Source: Eledone cirrhosa (taxonomy: Eukaryota). From it: 64,000 nucleotides of DNA. The translations under genes were made by a program, and so were the position numbers. Positions 11,818 through 24,514 of the stretch are shown here, in pieces. Each line of letters starts with the position of its first letter. The stretch's first letter is position 1. Location of the stretch: contig OZ024748.1 in the NCBI GenBank assembly GCA_964016885.1, positions 44,516,001 to 44,580,000 of the forward strand, given 5' to 3'. The notes beneath the pieces are model-generated. The model did not search any database and was not told the DNA's origin. It worked only from the letters and a program-made list of their open reading frames with translations.

Positions 11818-11921
11818 ATGCCTGCCACGGCCTCTGATCTTGGAATAGAAACAAAACCAACCAAGAGATATGTATAGGTGACCCTGGAGGAGAATATCTC
11901 CTTGGTATGCACAGGAATAGT
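11818..11921 (-). CDS. GRAM-domain protein, exon D
   Basis: ataatttcag|ACTATTCC...AGGCAT|gtaagt; 104 bp, phase 1-0. Encodes (H)YSCAYQGDILLQGHLYISLGWFCFYSKIRGRGRH, matching the GRAM core (cf. GRAMD1 YSCALQRDILLQGRLYLSENWICFYS, recalled from family knowledge). Confidence 0.97.
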
Positions 11922-12032
11922 CTGAAATTATCACCAAAATGTACACAAGAATTAGAATGGCAGAAAATCTTCAATTCAAAGACAAACAAACAAACAAACT
12001 AGCGAATGGAAACAATGGACTCATTTCCAGGT

Positions 12033-15000
12033 ACAGTCCCTAATCCACAATGACCACACAAATATCACAGTCCCTAATCCACAATGACCACACAAATATC
12101 ACAGTCCCTAATCCACGATGACCACACAAATATCACAGTCCCTGACCCAGAATGACCACACAAATATCACAGTCCCTAATCCACGATGACCACACAAATA
12201 TCACAGTCCCTAATCCACAATGACCACACAAATATCAGTACCTGATCCAGAATGACCACACAAATATCACACTCCCTAATCCACAATGACCACGCAAATA
12301 TCACAGTTCCTAGTCCACAATGACCACACAAATATCACAGTCCCTAATCCACAATGACCACACAAATATCACAGTCCCTAATCCACAATGACCACACAAA
12401 TATCAGTCGCTGACCCAGAATGACCACGCAAATATCACAGTCCCTAATCCACAATGACCACACAAATATCACAGTCCCTAATCCACGATGACCACACAAA
12501 TATCACAGTCCCTAATCCACAATGACCACACAAATATCACAGTCCCTAATCCACAATGACTACACAAATATCACAGTCCCTAATCCACAATGACTACACA
12601 AATATCACAGTCCCTAATCCACAATGACCACACAAATATCACAGTCCCTAATCCACAATGACCACAGAAATATCAGTCGCTGACCCAGAATGACCACGCA
12701 AATATCACAGTCCCTAATCCACAATGACCACACAAATATCACAGTCCCTAATCCACAATGACCACACAACTATCACAGTCCCTAATCCACGATGACCACA
12801 CAAATATCACAGTCCCTAATCCACAATGACCACACAAATATCACAGTCCCTAATCCACAATGACCACACAAATATCACAGTCCCTAATCCACGATGACCA
12901 CACAAATATCACAGTCCCTAATCCACAATGACCACACAAATATCACAGTCCCTAATCCACGATGACCACACAAATATCACAGTCCCTAATCCACAATGAC
13001 CACACAAATATCACAGTCCCTAATCCACAATGACCACACAAATATCACAGTCCCTAATCCACGATGACCACACAAATATCACAGTCCCTAATCCACAATG
13101 ACCACACAAATATCACAGTCCCTAATCCACAATGACCACACAAATATCACAGTCCCTAATCCACGATGACCACACAAATATCACAGTCCCTAATCCACAA
13201 TGACCACACAAATATCAGTCCCTAATCCACGATGACCACACAAATATCACAGTCCCTAATCCACAATGACCACACAAATATCACAGTCCCTAATCCACAA
13301 TGACCACACAAATATCACAGTCCCTAATCCACGATGACCACACAAATATCACAGTCCCTAATCCACAATGACCACACAAATATCACAGTCCCTAATCCAC
13401 AATGACCACACAAATATCACAGTCCCTAATCCACGATGACCACACAAATATCACAGTCCCTAATCCACAATGACCACACAAATATCACAGTCCCTAATCC
13501 ACAATGACCACACAAATATCACAGTCCCTAATCCACAATGACCACACAAATATCAGTACCTGACCCAGAATGACCACACAAATATCACACTCCCTAATCC
13601 ACAATGACCACGCAAATATCACAGTTCCTAGTCCACAATGACCACACAAATATCACAGTCCCTAATCCACGATGACCACACAAATATCACAGTCCCTAAT
13701 CCACGATGACCACACAAATATCACAGTCCCTAATCCACAATGACCACACAAATATCAGTACCTGACCCAGAATGACCACACAAATATCACAGTCCCTAAT
13801 CCACAATGACCACACAAATATCACAGTCCCTAATCCACAATGACCACACAAATATCACACTCCCTAATCCACAATGACCACGCAAATATCACAGTTCCTA
13901 GTCCACAATGACCACACAAATATCACAGTCCCTAATCCACAATGACCACACAAATATCACAGTCCCTAATCCACAATGACCACACAAATATCAGTCGCTG
14001 ACCCAGAATGACCACACAAATATCACAGTCCCTAATCCACAATGACCACACAAATATCACAGTCCCTAATCCACAATGACCACACAAATATCACAGTCCC
14101 TAATCCACAATGACCACACAAATATCAGTCGCTGACCCAGAATGACCACGCAAATATCACAGTCCCTAATCCACAATGACCACACAAATATCACAGTCCC
14201 TAATCCACAATGACCACACAAATATCAGTCGCTGACCCAGAATGACCACGCAAATATCACAGTCCCTAATCCACAATGACCACACAAATATCACAGTCCC
14301 TAATCCACAATGACCACACAAATATCAGTCGCTGACCCAGAATGACCACGCAAATATCACAGTCCCTAATCCACAATGACTACACAAATATCACAGTCCC
14401 TAATCCACAATGACCACGCAAATATCACAGTCCCTAATCCACAATGACCACACAAATATCACAGTCCCTAATCCACAATGACCACACAAATATCAGTCGC
14501 TGACCCAGAATGACCACGCAAATATCACAGTCCCTAATCCACAATGACCACACAAATATCACAGTCCCTAATCCACAATGACCACACAAATATCACAGTC
14601 CCTAATCCACGATGACCACACAAATATCACAGTCCCTAATCCACAATGACCACACAAATATCACAGTCCCTAATCCACAATGACCACACAAATATCACAG
14701 TCCCTGACCCAGAATGACCACACAAATATCACAGTCCCTAATCCACGATGACCACACAAATATCACAGTCCCTAATCCACAATGACCACACAAATATCAG
14801 TACCTGACCCAGAATGACCACACAAATATCACACTCCCTAATCCACAATGACCACGCAAATATCACAGTTCCTAGTCCACAATGACCACACAAATATCAC
14901 AGTCCCTAATCCACAATGACCACACAAATATCACAGTCCCTAATCCACAATGACCACACAAATATCACAGTCCCTAATCCACAATGACCACACAAATATC

Positions 15001-15657
15001 AGTCGCTGACCCAGAATGACCACGCAAATATCACAGTCCCTAATCCACAATGACCACACAAATATCACAGTCCCTAATCCACAATGACCACACAAATATC
15101 AGTCGCTGACCCAGAATGACCACGCAAATATCACAGTCCCTAATCCACAATGACCACACAAATATCACAGTCCCTAATCCACAATGACCACACAAATATC
15201 AGTTGCTGACCCAGAATGACCACGCAAATATCACAGTCCCTAATCCACAATGACCACACAAATATCACAGTCCCTAATCCACAATGACCACGCAAATATC
15301 ACAGTCCCTAATCCACAATGACCACACAAATATCACAGTCCCTAATCCACAATGACCACACAAATATCAGTCGCTGACCCAGAATGACCACGCAAATATC
15401 ACAGTCCCTAATCCACAATGACCACACAAATATCACAGTCCCTAATCCACAATGACCACACAAATATCACAGTCCCTAATCCACGATGACCACACAAATA
15501 TCACAGTCCCTAATCCACAATGACCACACAAATATCACAGTCCCTAATCCACAATGACTACACAAATATCACAGTCCCTAATCCACGATGACCACACAAA
15601 TATCACAGTCCCTAATCCACAATGACTACACAAATATCACAGTCCCTGACCCAGAAT
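12033..15657. repeat. 34-bp minisatellite (~105 units) with interspersed 32-bp variant
   Basis: Unit acagtccctaatccacaatgaccacacaaatatc. The variant agtcgctgacccagaatgaccacgcaaatatc recurs periodically. Confidence 0.97.
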
Positions 15658-15838
15658 GAAGAAGGTGAGGAAGAAGAAGAAGGCAAAGAAGAAGAAAAAG
15701 AAGGCGAGGAAGAAGAAGAGAAGAAGGCGAAGAAGAAGGCGAAGCAGAAGAAGAAGAAGAAAGCGAAGAAGAAGGCGAAGCAGAAGAAGAAGGCGAAGAA
15801 GAAGAAGAACAAGAAGAAAGCGAAGAAGAAGAAGAATT
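15657..15838. repeat. (GAA)n-rich microsatellite
   Basis: gaagaagaaggcgaagaag... runs. Confidence 0.9.
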
Positions 15839-16004
15839 AAAAGCTTCAAAATAGAATTCCATTTTCTAACAGACAGCAGACTTCATTAGATATGAAGTTA
15901 TTGATTCCTAAAGTTTTGGCAGGTTTCCTTATAACATTGATCTTGAGACTTCTGCTGCCAAATTTCACCTCATGAAAGAATCTACTGTCATAGAATTGTG
16001 TCTG

Positions 16005-16512
16005 CTATGTCCCAGGGGTCTTGGAGTTACCTCAGGGGTCTTGGAGCTACCCCAGGGGCCATGGAGCTATCCCAGGGGCCATGGAGTGACCCCAGGGCAT
16101 GGAGCTATGCCAGGGATCTCGGAGCCACCCCATGGGCATGTCTTGGAGCGACCCCAGGGGCCATGGAGCTATCCCAGGGGCCATGGAGTGACCCCAGGGC
16201 ATGGAGCTATGCCAGGGATCTCGGAGCCACCCCATGGGCATGTCTTGGAGCGACCCCAGGGGCCATGGAGCTATCCCAGGGGCCATGGAGTGACCCCAGG
16301 GCATGGAGCTATGCCAGGGATCTCGGAGCCACCCCATGGGCATGTCTTGGAGCGACCCCAGGGGCCATGGAGCTATCCCAGGGGCCATGGAGTGACCCCA
16401 GGGCATGGAGCTATGCCAGGGATCTCGGAGCCACCCCATGGGCATGTCTTGGAGCGACCCCAGGGGCCATGTCTTGGAGCGACCCCAGAGGCCATGTCCT
16501 GGAGTCACCCCA
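16005..16512. repeat. GC-rich 102-bp higher-order repeat (~4 units) built of ~20-bp subunits
   Basis: cccaggggccatggagcta recurs at 16051 and 16153 (period 102). Subunits share ggagc..ccccaggg. Confidence 0.9.
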
Positions 16513-16590
16513 GTCATATTTAGGACAGCTGGTGTGTACTTAAGAAAATACTATATATTTCCAACTGTTCAATGGACTGGCAGAAGTATG

Positions 16591-16631
16591 CAGTCCTGAT
16601 GAAGGGTAATGACCCAGAAACATGTTGATTG
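16591..16631 (+). ncRNA. Minimal type-I hammerhead ribozyme motif (slightly degenerate)
   Basis: cagtc-CTGATGA-agggt(aatg)accca-GAA-ACATGT-T-gattg. 5-bp stem I with one G-U, 4-bp stem II, palindromic stem III, GUU triplet. Confidence 0.6.
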
Positions 16632-17179
16632 TTTCTCAAAGCCAGTGTTGAACACCCAGGTGATGACAGGTCACCGGGACAGCTTCAGATTGGCCCGTTT
16701 GTTTACAAATGAATCGAACATTATTATTAGTGTTCGATATAACCCACACACACATATCTATTTATGTGTGTGCATATGTATATATATATATATATATGGT
16801 GATGGTGATGATAATGGTGATGATGATGATAATGGTGATGGTGATGATAATGGTGATGGTGATGATAATGTTGATGGTGATGATGGTGATGATAGTGATG
16901 GTGATGATGGTGATGGTGACGATGGTGACGATGGTGATAATGGTGATGATGATGGTGATGATGGTGATGGTGATGGCAGAAATCTTATACAAAAATCCAA
17001 ACAAAACAGACCATGTCCTCATAATCCGTTGTGTGAAATAAAAGACCTCAATGGTGATTAAGCCCACAAGTTAATCACAGCTGAGGTGATTAAGCTGATT
17101 ACAGTGTATTATCCAGATATGTGGTCTGTATGGGTTGTAAATGGTTGCTATGGTTACATATCAGGTGACTGGACAGAGA

Positions 17180-18345
17180 CCAGTGTTGTTGTTGTTTAAC
17201 CCAAGGTCAGTCTTGATCCAGCTCCAGCAGACCTATGATCAAAGATGTTACAGATGTGATGATCCTGTCTTTTATACAAACAATCAATGTCCAAAGAGAA
17301 GTGTTGTTGTTTAGCCCAAGGTCAGTCTGGATCCTGCAGACCTATGATCAAAGATGTTACAGATGTGATGATCCTGTCTTTTATACAAACAATGTCCAAA
17401 GAGAAGTGTTGTTGTTTAGCCCAAGGTCAGTCTGGATCCAGCAGACCTATGATCAAAGATGTTACAGATGTGATGATCCTGTCTTTTATACAAACAATGT
17501 CCAAAGAGAAGTGTTGTTGTTTAGCCCAAGGTCAGTCTGGATCCTGCAGACCTATGATCAAAGATGTTACAGATGTGATGATCCTGTCTTTTATACAAAC
17601 AATGTCCAAAGAGAAGTGTTGTTGTTTAGCCCAAGGTCAGTCTGGATCCAGCAGACCTATGATCAAAGATGTTACAGATGTGATGATCCTGTCTTTTATA
17701 CAAATGATCAAAGATGTTACAGATGTGATGATCCTGTCTTTTATACAAACAATGTCCAAAGAGAAGTGTTGTTGTTTAGCCCAAGGTCAGTCTGGATCCT
17801 GCAGATCTATGATCAAAGATGCTACAGATGTGATGATCCTGTCTTTTATACAAACAATGTCCAAAGAGAAGTGTTGTTGTTTAGCCCAAGGTCAGTCTGG
17901 ATCCAGCAGACCTATGATCAAAGATGTTACAGATGTGATGATCCTGTCTTTTATACAAACAATCAATGTCCAAAGAGAAGTGTTGTTGTTTAGCCCAAGG
18001 TCAGTCTGGATCCAGCAGACCTATGATCAAAGATGTTACAGATGTGATGATCCTGTCTTTTATACAAACAATGTCCAAAGAGAAGTGTTGTTGTTTAGCA
18101 CAAGGTCAGTCTGGATCCAGCAGACCTATGATCAAAGATGTTACAGATGTGATGATCCTGTCTTTTATACAAACAATCAATGTCCAAAGAGAAGTGTTGT
18201 TGTTTAGCCCAAGGTCAGTCTTGATCCACGGTCAGACCTATGATCAAAGACATCCCAGCCACCGTGTATCAAGGACTACATTATTTTGTCTGTTCTTCCT
18301 CGATGTTATTTAGCCCAAGGTCAGTCTTGATCCAGCAGAACAATG
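17180..18345. repeat. 105-bp minisatellite (~9-10 units)
   Basis: Unit gttgtttagcccaaggtcagtctggatccagcagacctatgatcaaagatgttacagatgtgatgatcctgtcttttatacaaacaatgtccaaagagaagtgtt. A related single copy lies near 42270. Confidence 0.92.
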
Positions 18346-18435
18346 ATCAAAAGAGGGAGGGAGAGGGAGAGATGACGGGAGAAAGAGAGAGAGCGCGCAA
18401 GAGAGAGGACAAGAGAGAGAGAGCAAGAGAGAGAG

Positions 18436-18508
<73 letters not shown>

Positions 18509-18518
18509 TAATACTTAC

Positions 18519-18615
18519 GATCAATTAGAGACTCCAACCGAGGCACAGATTTGAAGAGTTTGTGGAATTTTGCCACCTTTGACTTACTGACAGTTGGGAC
18601 GTGAAGCAACATTTC
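18519..18615 (-). CDS. GRAM-domain protein, exon C
   Basis: ttttgttttgtgtttcag|GAAATG...ATTGATC|gtaagt; 97 bp, phase 0-1. Encodes EMLLHVPTVSKSKVAKFHKLFKSVPRLESLID, with the FHKLF..VP..E.L start of the GRAM domain. C+AC joins exon D in frame. Confidence 0.95.
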
Positions 18616-19177
18616 CTGAAACACAAAACAAAAAAAAAACATTCAATAAAAGAAATGGAGGAAGTTTGCAAGTTAACTACAACAGCCACTGGTTCTTGAA
18701 ACTCAATCTTTACATCATATTGAAATGGATGGAGTTTGCAAGTTAACTACAACAGCCAAGTGGCTCTTGAAACTCAATCAGGGGTCAGCAACTCTCTCGA
18801 CCCGTGAAGGATTTTTGTTCAGCTCGCCAACAGGTTTCAATCTTAGGTTAAGTGAGCCCTGGAAAAGTGCTCTGAATTATTTTGGATTATAATACCAACT
18901 GGAGAACAAGTCTGTAACAAACAATCAAACTCAGTATAGTCAGACATCGAGGGGACTGTGTCTGCTGGTATCATTATTTGGCAGTACCTATACCTGGGAC
19001 AGCTTTTTTTCCAAAATAAAATATACCAAAGATTGTTTAAGGACAAGGCTGAGTGATAACCATCTGGACGATGTTCTATGTGCCCTACAAAGAGCTGAAA
19101 CTAAGTACCAGAAGTAGCTGGGTTTAACCCTGCAATAGACTGGTATCCTGTCCAGTGGGGGTGTGTCTTGTACTTTC

Positions 19178-20900
19178 ATGTAGGTGTCATGGCAAAAAGC
19201 ACCCAGTCCTCCCTGTAAAGTGGTATGTAGGTGTCATGACAAAAAGCACCCAGTCCTCACTGTAAAGTGGTATGTAGGTGTCATGACAAAAAGCACCCAG
19301 TCCTCACTGTAAAGTGGCCATGGTGGTGTCATGACAAAAAACACCCAGTCCTCACTGTAAAGTGGTAGTGTAGGTGTCATGACAAAAAACACCCAGTCCT
19401 CACTGTAAAGTGGTAGTGTAGGTGTCATGACAAAAAACACCCAGTCCTCACTGTAAAGTGGTAGTGTAGGTGTCATGACAAAAAACACCCAGTCCTCACT
19501 GTAAAGTGGTAGTGTAGGTGTCATGACAAAAAAGCACCCAGTCCTCACTGTAAAGTGGTAGTGTATGTGTCATGACAAAAAACACCCAGTCCTCACTGTA
19601 AAGTGGTAGTGTAGGTGTCATGACAAAAAACACCCAGTCCTCACTGTAAAGTGGTAGTGTAGGTGTCATGACAAAAAAGCACCCAGTCCTCACTGTAAAG
19701 TGGTAGTGTATGTGTCATGACAAAAAAACACCCAGTCCTCACTGTAAAGTGGTAGTGTAGGTGTCATGACAAAAAGCACCCAGTCCTCACTGTAAAGTGG
19801 TAGTGTAGGTGTCATGACAAAAAGCACCCAGTCCTCACTGTAAAGTGGTAGTGTAGGTGTCATGACAAAAAGCACCCAATCCTCACTGTAAAGTGGTAGT
19901 GTAGGTGTCATGATAAAAAGCACCCAGTCCTCACTGTAAAGTGGTAGTGTAGGTGTCATGACAAAAAGCACCCAGTCCTCACTGTAAAGTGGTAGTGTAG
20001 GTGTCATGACAAAAAGCACCCAGTCCTCACTGTAAAGTGGTAGTGTAGGTGTTATGACAAAAAGCACCCAGTCCTCACTGTAAAGTGGTAGTGTAGGTGT
20101 CATGACAAAAAGCACCCAGTCCTCACTGTAAAGTGGTAGTGTAGGTGTCATGACAAAAAGCACCCAGTCCTCACTGTAAAGTGGTAGTGTAGGTGTCATG
20201 ACAAAAAGCACCCAGTCCTCACTGTAAAGTGGTATGTAGGTGTCATGACAAAAAGCACCCAGTCCTCACTGTAAAGTGGTAGTGTAGGTGTCATGATAAA
20301 AAAGCACCCAGTCCTCACTGTAAAGTGGTAGTGTAGGTGTCATGACAAAAAACACCCAGTCCTCACTGTAAAGTGGTAGTGTAGGTGTCATGACAAAAAG
20401 CACCCAGTCCTCACTGTAAAGTGGTAGTGTAGGTGTCATGACAAAAAGCACCCAGTCCTCACTGTAAAGTGGTAGTGTAGGTGTCATGACAAAAAACACC
20501 CAGTCCTCACTGTAAAGTGGTAGTGTAGGTGTCATGACAAAAAGCACCCAGTCCTCACTGTAAAGTGGTAGTGTAGGTGTCATGACAAAAAGCACCCAGT
20601 CCACACTGTAAAGTGGTAGTGTAGGTGTCATGACAAAAAAGCACCCATTCCTCACTGTAAAGTGGTAGCGTAGGTGTCATGACAAAAAGCACCCAGCACA
20701 CACTGTAAAGTGGTAGTGTAGGTGTCATGACAAAAAGCACCCAGCACACACTGTAAAGTGGTAGTGTAGGTGTCATGACAAAAAGCACCCAGCACACACT
20801 GTAAAGTGGTAGTGTAGGTGTCATGACAAAAAACACCCAGTCCTCACTGTAAAGTGGTAGTGTAGGTGTCATGACAAAAAGAACCCAGTACGCACTGTAA
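19178..20900. repeat. 48-bp minisatellite (~35 units) expanded inside an RTE-tailed SINE-like element (about 19120-21045, + strand)
   Basis: Unit gtgtcatgacaaaaagcacccagtcctcactgtaaagtggtagtgtag. The array runs directly into ggttggtgttaagaagggcacc...cccatgctagcgtgcaaaatagacgttaaacgatgacgac, an RTE-type SINE tail. Confidence 0.92.
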
Positions 20901-21139
20901 ATGTGGTTGGTGTTAAGAAGGGCACCTAGCCAAAGAAACCAAGCCAGAAACAGTTCTGTGTGAGCAAGACACGGTCACCTGATCTAACACGTCTAACCCA
21001 TGCTAGCGTGCAAAATAGACGTTAAACGATGACGACGATCATGATTATTGATGATAATGAAATCTGATGAAAGAATTTTTTCTAACATAGGCACAAGGCC
21101 AGCAATTTGGGGAAAGAGGAAAGTCAATTATATTGACCC

Positions 21140-21484
21140 TGCCAGACACTCCACGCTGTAATGTGGCCGTGTAGGCAACACGGTAGAAACCTCCCAGCCC
21201 CACACTGTAAATGTGGTTGGTGTTAGGAAGGGCATCCAGCCGTAGAAAACCCGCCAGACAGTCCACGCTGTAATGTGGCCGTGTAGGCAACACGGTAAAA
21301 ACCTCCCAGTTCCACACTGTAAATGTGGTTGGTGTTAGGAAGGGCATCCAGCCGTAGAAAACCTGCCAGACAGTCCTATGCGAGCAAGACAACTACTCTT
21401 GCCTCAAGTGGGAAAACTCCCGTCCAAACCCATGCAAGCGTGGAACATAGACGTTAAACGATGATGATGATGATGATGATGATT
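21140..21484 (+). mobile_element. RTE-tailed SINE fragment with internal duplication and (GAT)n tail
   Basis: Two copies of cacactgtaaatgtggttggtgttaggaagggcatccagccgtagaaa, then cccatgcaagcgtggaacatagacgttaaacgatgatgat. Confidence 0.75.
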
Positions 21485-21580
21485 GAGCCCAGTGCATTAC
21501 TGGTACTTTATTTTATTGGCCTTGGTAGGACAAAGGGCAAAGTTGACCGCCTAAAGATTTGAACATAAAATGTAACTTAA

Positions 21581-21902
21581 CCCTTTAGCATTCACATTAT
21601 ACTATATTTACTATAATCAAATCGTATCACTTCAGTGATACGATTTGATTTTGGAGCTAATGTTACAATCCTTTCTTTTGGCTCTTTTGCACTAAATCAG
21701 CCATGTATTTTCACTATATTTACAATTGTAATTTCACAGAAAAGGATTTATCTTACATAATTATCTCACATAATATCAAATCTATGAGATTTTGATACGT
21801 TAACACCGGTATGAACGGCCAGTTACGACCAGTTATGACCGGTTTGAAGAGAAAGAGGTAAGAGTATTCTGGTTGGATATGGCTGGTTTAAATGCTAAAG
21901 GG
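21581..21902 (+). mobile_element. piggyBac-type (TTAA) MITE, unexpanded copy
   Basis: TTAA|ccctttagcatt ... aatgctaaaggg|TTAA: perfect 12-bp TIRs and a TTAA duplication. It carries one diverged copy of the 72-bp unit (21712-21775). Confidence 0.9.
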
Positions 21903-21960
21903 TTAATTAAACGTTGCTACACAAGCACAACGATATAGTAGATTATTCAAACATTCTTAC

Positions 21961-22000
21961 CCTGCCAGGATATTTTTTCATGCCTGCTATAGGACTGGAA
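21961..22000 (-). CDS. GRAM-domain protein, exon B (40 bp)
   Basis: cttgtctctccttttcag|TTCCAG...GGCAGG|gtaaga; phase 2-0; encodes (C)SSPIAGMKKYPGR. It bridges exon A (ends TG) and exon C (starts phase 0) exactly. Confidence 0.85.
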
Positions 22001-22359
22001 CTGAAAAGGAGAGACAAGGATAGAAATAATAAGGGTTTCTGATTTAGGCACCAGGCCAACAATTTTGGGGCATGTGGTTAGAATATCTGAGGAAAGAATC
22101 GTTGGGCAGATTTCATAGGCAAAACCAACCAGCAGGAGACCCAGGGGCTGACCTCTGAGCAAGATGGTTTGATGACATCCATGAGCTTGGCTGGTCTTTC
22201 TTGGGAATCCAGCCTGATCAGTTGGAGACAGTTACTTCTGTCTCAGTTACTAGTTGGAGACATGGAGGGAGTGTTTGAGGACTCTGCCCACTTATTCCTG
22301 AGAGGGTCATGGGGGCAAAGAAGAAGAAAAAGAAGAAAAAGGAGAAAAAGGAGAAAGTC

Positions 22360-23725
22360 AATTAAATCAACCCCCCCCTCCCCCCAGTGCATCACTGGTA
22401 CTTTATTTTATCGATCCTGTAAGGATGAAAGGCAAAGCTAGCCTTGGCGGGATTTAAACCCGGAGCATAAAGGGCCGTAACTCCTCGTCGTGAAGCATGT
22501 TGTCTGACGCACTACTGATTACTACCAATCCCCAAGAAATAATTGATTCTACTTTAGGCACAAGGCCAGCAATTACCCAGTGTATTACTGGTACTTTATT
22601 TTATCGACCCCGTAAGGATGAAAGGCAAAGTTAACCTCGGCGGGATTTGAACTCAGAATGGCAAGGGTCATAACTATGCGTCAAAGCATGGCATCCGACC
22701 CTCTACCAATATTGCCAATCCCCAAGAAATAATAATTGTTTCTACTTTTGGCACAAGGCCAGCAATAACCCAGTACATTACTGGTACTTTATTTTATCGA
22801 CCCCCCCCCGTAAGGATGAAAGGAAAAGTTAACCTACATGGCTAGCAAATTGAAGGGAAGAGGGAAATCGATTAAATCAGCACCAGTGTATTACTGGTAC
22901 TTTATTTTATCGACCCCCCCGTAAGGATGAAAGGAAAAGTTAACCTACATGGCTAGCAAATTGAAGGGAAGAGGGAAATCGATTAAATCAGCATCAGTGT
23001 ATTACTGGTACTTTATTTTATCGACCCCCCCGTAAGGATGAAAGGAAAAGTTAACCTACATGGCTAGCAAATTGAAGGGAAGAGGGAAATCGATTAAATC
23101 AGCACCAGTGTATTACTGGTACTTTATTTTATCGACCCCCCCGTAAGGATGAAAGGAAAAGTTAACCTACATGGCTAGCAAATTGAAGGGAAGAGGGAAA
23201 TCGATTAAATCAGCACCAGTGTATTACTGGTACTTTATTTTATCGACCCCCCCGTAAGGATGAAAGGAAAAGTTAACCTACATGGCTAGCAAATTGAAGG
23301 GAAGAGGGAAATCGATTAAATCAGCACCAGTGTATTACTGGTACTTTATTTTATCGACCCCCCCGTAAGGATGAAAGGAAAAGTTAAACTACATGGCTAG
23401 CAAATTGAAGGGAAGAGGGAAATCGATTAAATCAGCACCAGTGTATTACTGGTACTTTATTTTATCGACCCCCCCCGTAAGGATGAAAGGAAAAGTTAAC
23501 CTACATGGCTAGCAAATTGAAGGGAAGAGGGAAATCGATTAAATCAGCACCAGTGTATTACTGGTACTTTATTTTATCGACCCCCCCCCGTAAGGATGAA
23601 AGGAAAAGTTAACCTACATGGCTAGCAAATTGAAGGGAAGAGGGAAATCGATTAAATCAGCACCAGTGTATTACTGGTACTTTATTTTAATGACTCCCCC
23701 GTAAGGATGAAAGGAAAAGCTAGCC
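22360..23725 (-). repeat. Cluster of tRNA-derived SINE family B copies and a 111-bp tandem array (~8 units) derived from them
   Basis: ccagtgtattactggtactttattttatcgaccccgtaaggatgaaaggaaaagttaacc recurs with period 111 (gtaagg at 22810, 22921, 23032). The same segment occurs in dispersed SINEs at 42372-42566 and 48584-48772. Confidence 0.88.
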
Positions 23726-24059
23726 TTGGCTGGATTTGAACATCAGGAATAACAAGAATGTACAAAATTGCAAGGATTATTAAATCATGTACTAATTATA
23801 ATGGAACATATTGAAAAGTATAGTGACAGGAACCCATGATCTGTAAGTAAAATAACCAAATGCTTAAAACAGTGAGTATTTTGACAAAGATCCTGAAGGA
23901 CCAGATGCTGTGTAAGCCCTAACAGTCAAGGACAAGGTGGTGTGTCAGACACATCATCTAGAGATCAGCTTGTGTAGTGTAGTAGTGTCTTGGTAGTGCT
24001 TTGATGTGTTGTACTAGTGGTTTTGGTTCTTACTACAAACCTTAACCTTTGAGACACAC

Positions 24060-24478
24060 ACTGGTCCTTACAATACAACCTGGTCCTTACAACACAACTT
24101 GGTCCTTATAACAGAACCAGGTCCTTACAACAGAAACCGGTCCTTACAACACAACCTGGTCCTTTCAATACAACACAGTCCTTACAACAGAACCAGGTCC
24201 TTACAACACAACCTGGTCCTTACAACAGAACCCAGTCCTTACATCAGAACCAGGTCCTTACAACACAACCTGGTCCTTACAACAGAACCCGGTCCTTACA
24301 TCAGAACCAGGTTCTTACAACACAACCTGGTCCTTACAACAGAACCCGGTCCTTACAACAGAACCAGGTCCTTACAACAGAACCAGGTCCTTACAACAGA
24401 ACCAGGTCCTTACAACAGAACCCGGTCCTTACAACAGAACCAGGTCCTTACAACAGAACCTGGTCCTTACAACACAAC
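24060..24478. repeat. 19-bp minisatellite (~22 units)
   Basis: Unit acaacagaaccaggtcctt and variants. Confidence 0.9.
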
Positions 24479-24514
24479 ATGGAGACAAAGAGAATACTTG
24501 AAATGATACATTAC

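Noticed and set aside
15612-15889. Lys/Glu-rich or protamine-like ORFs
   Set aside because: These are translations of a (GAA)n microsatellite.
15972-18313. ORFs over the 102-bp and 105-bp repeats
   Set aside because: They are antisense to the host gene, intronic and open in two or more frames, with no domain-like content.
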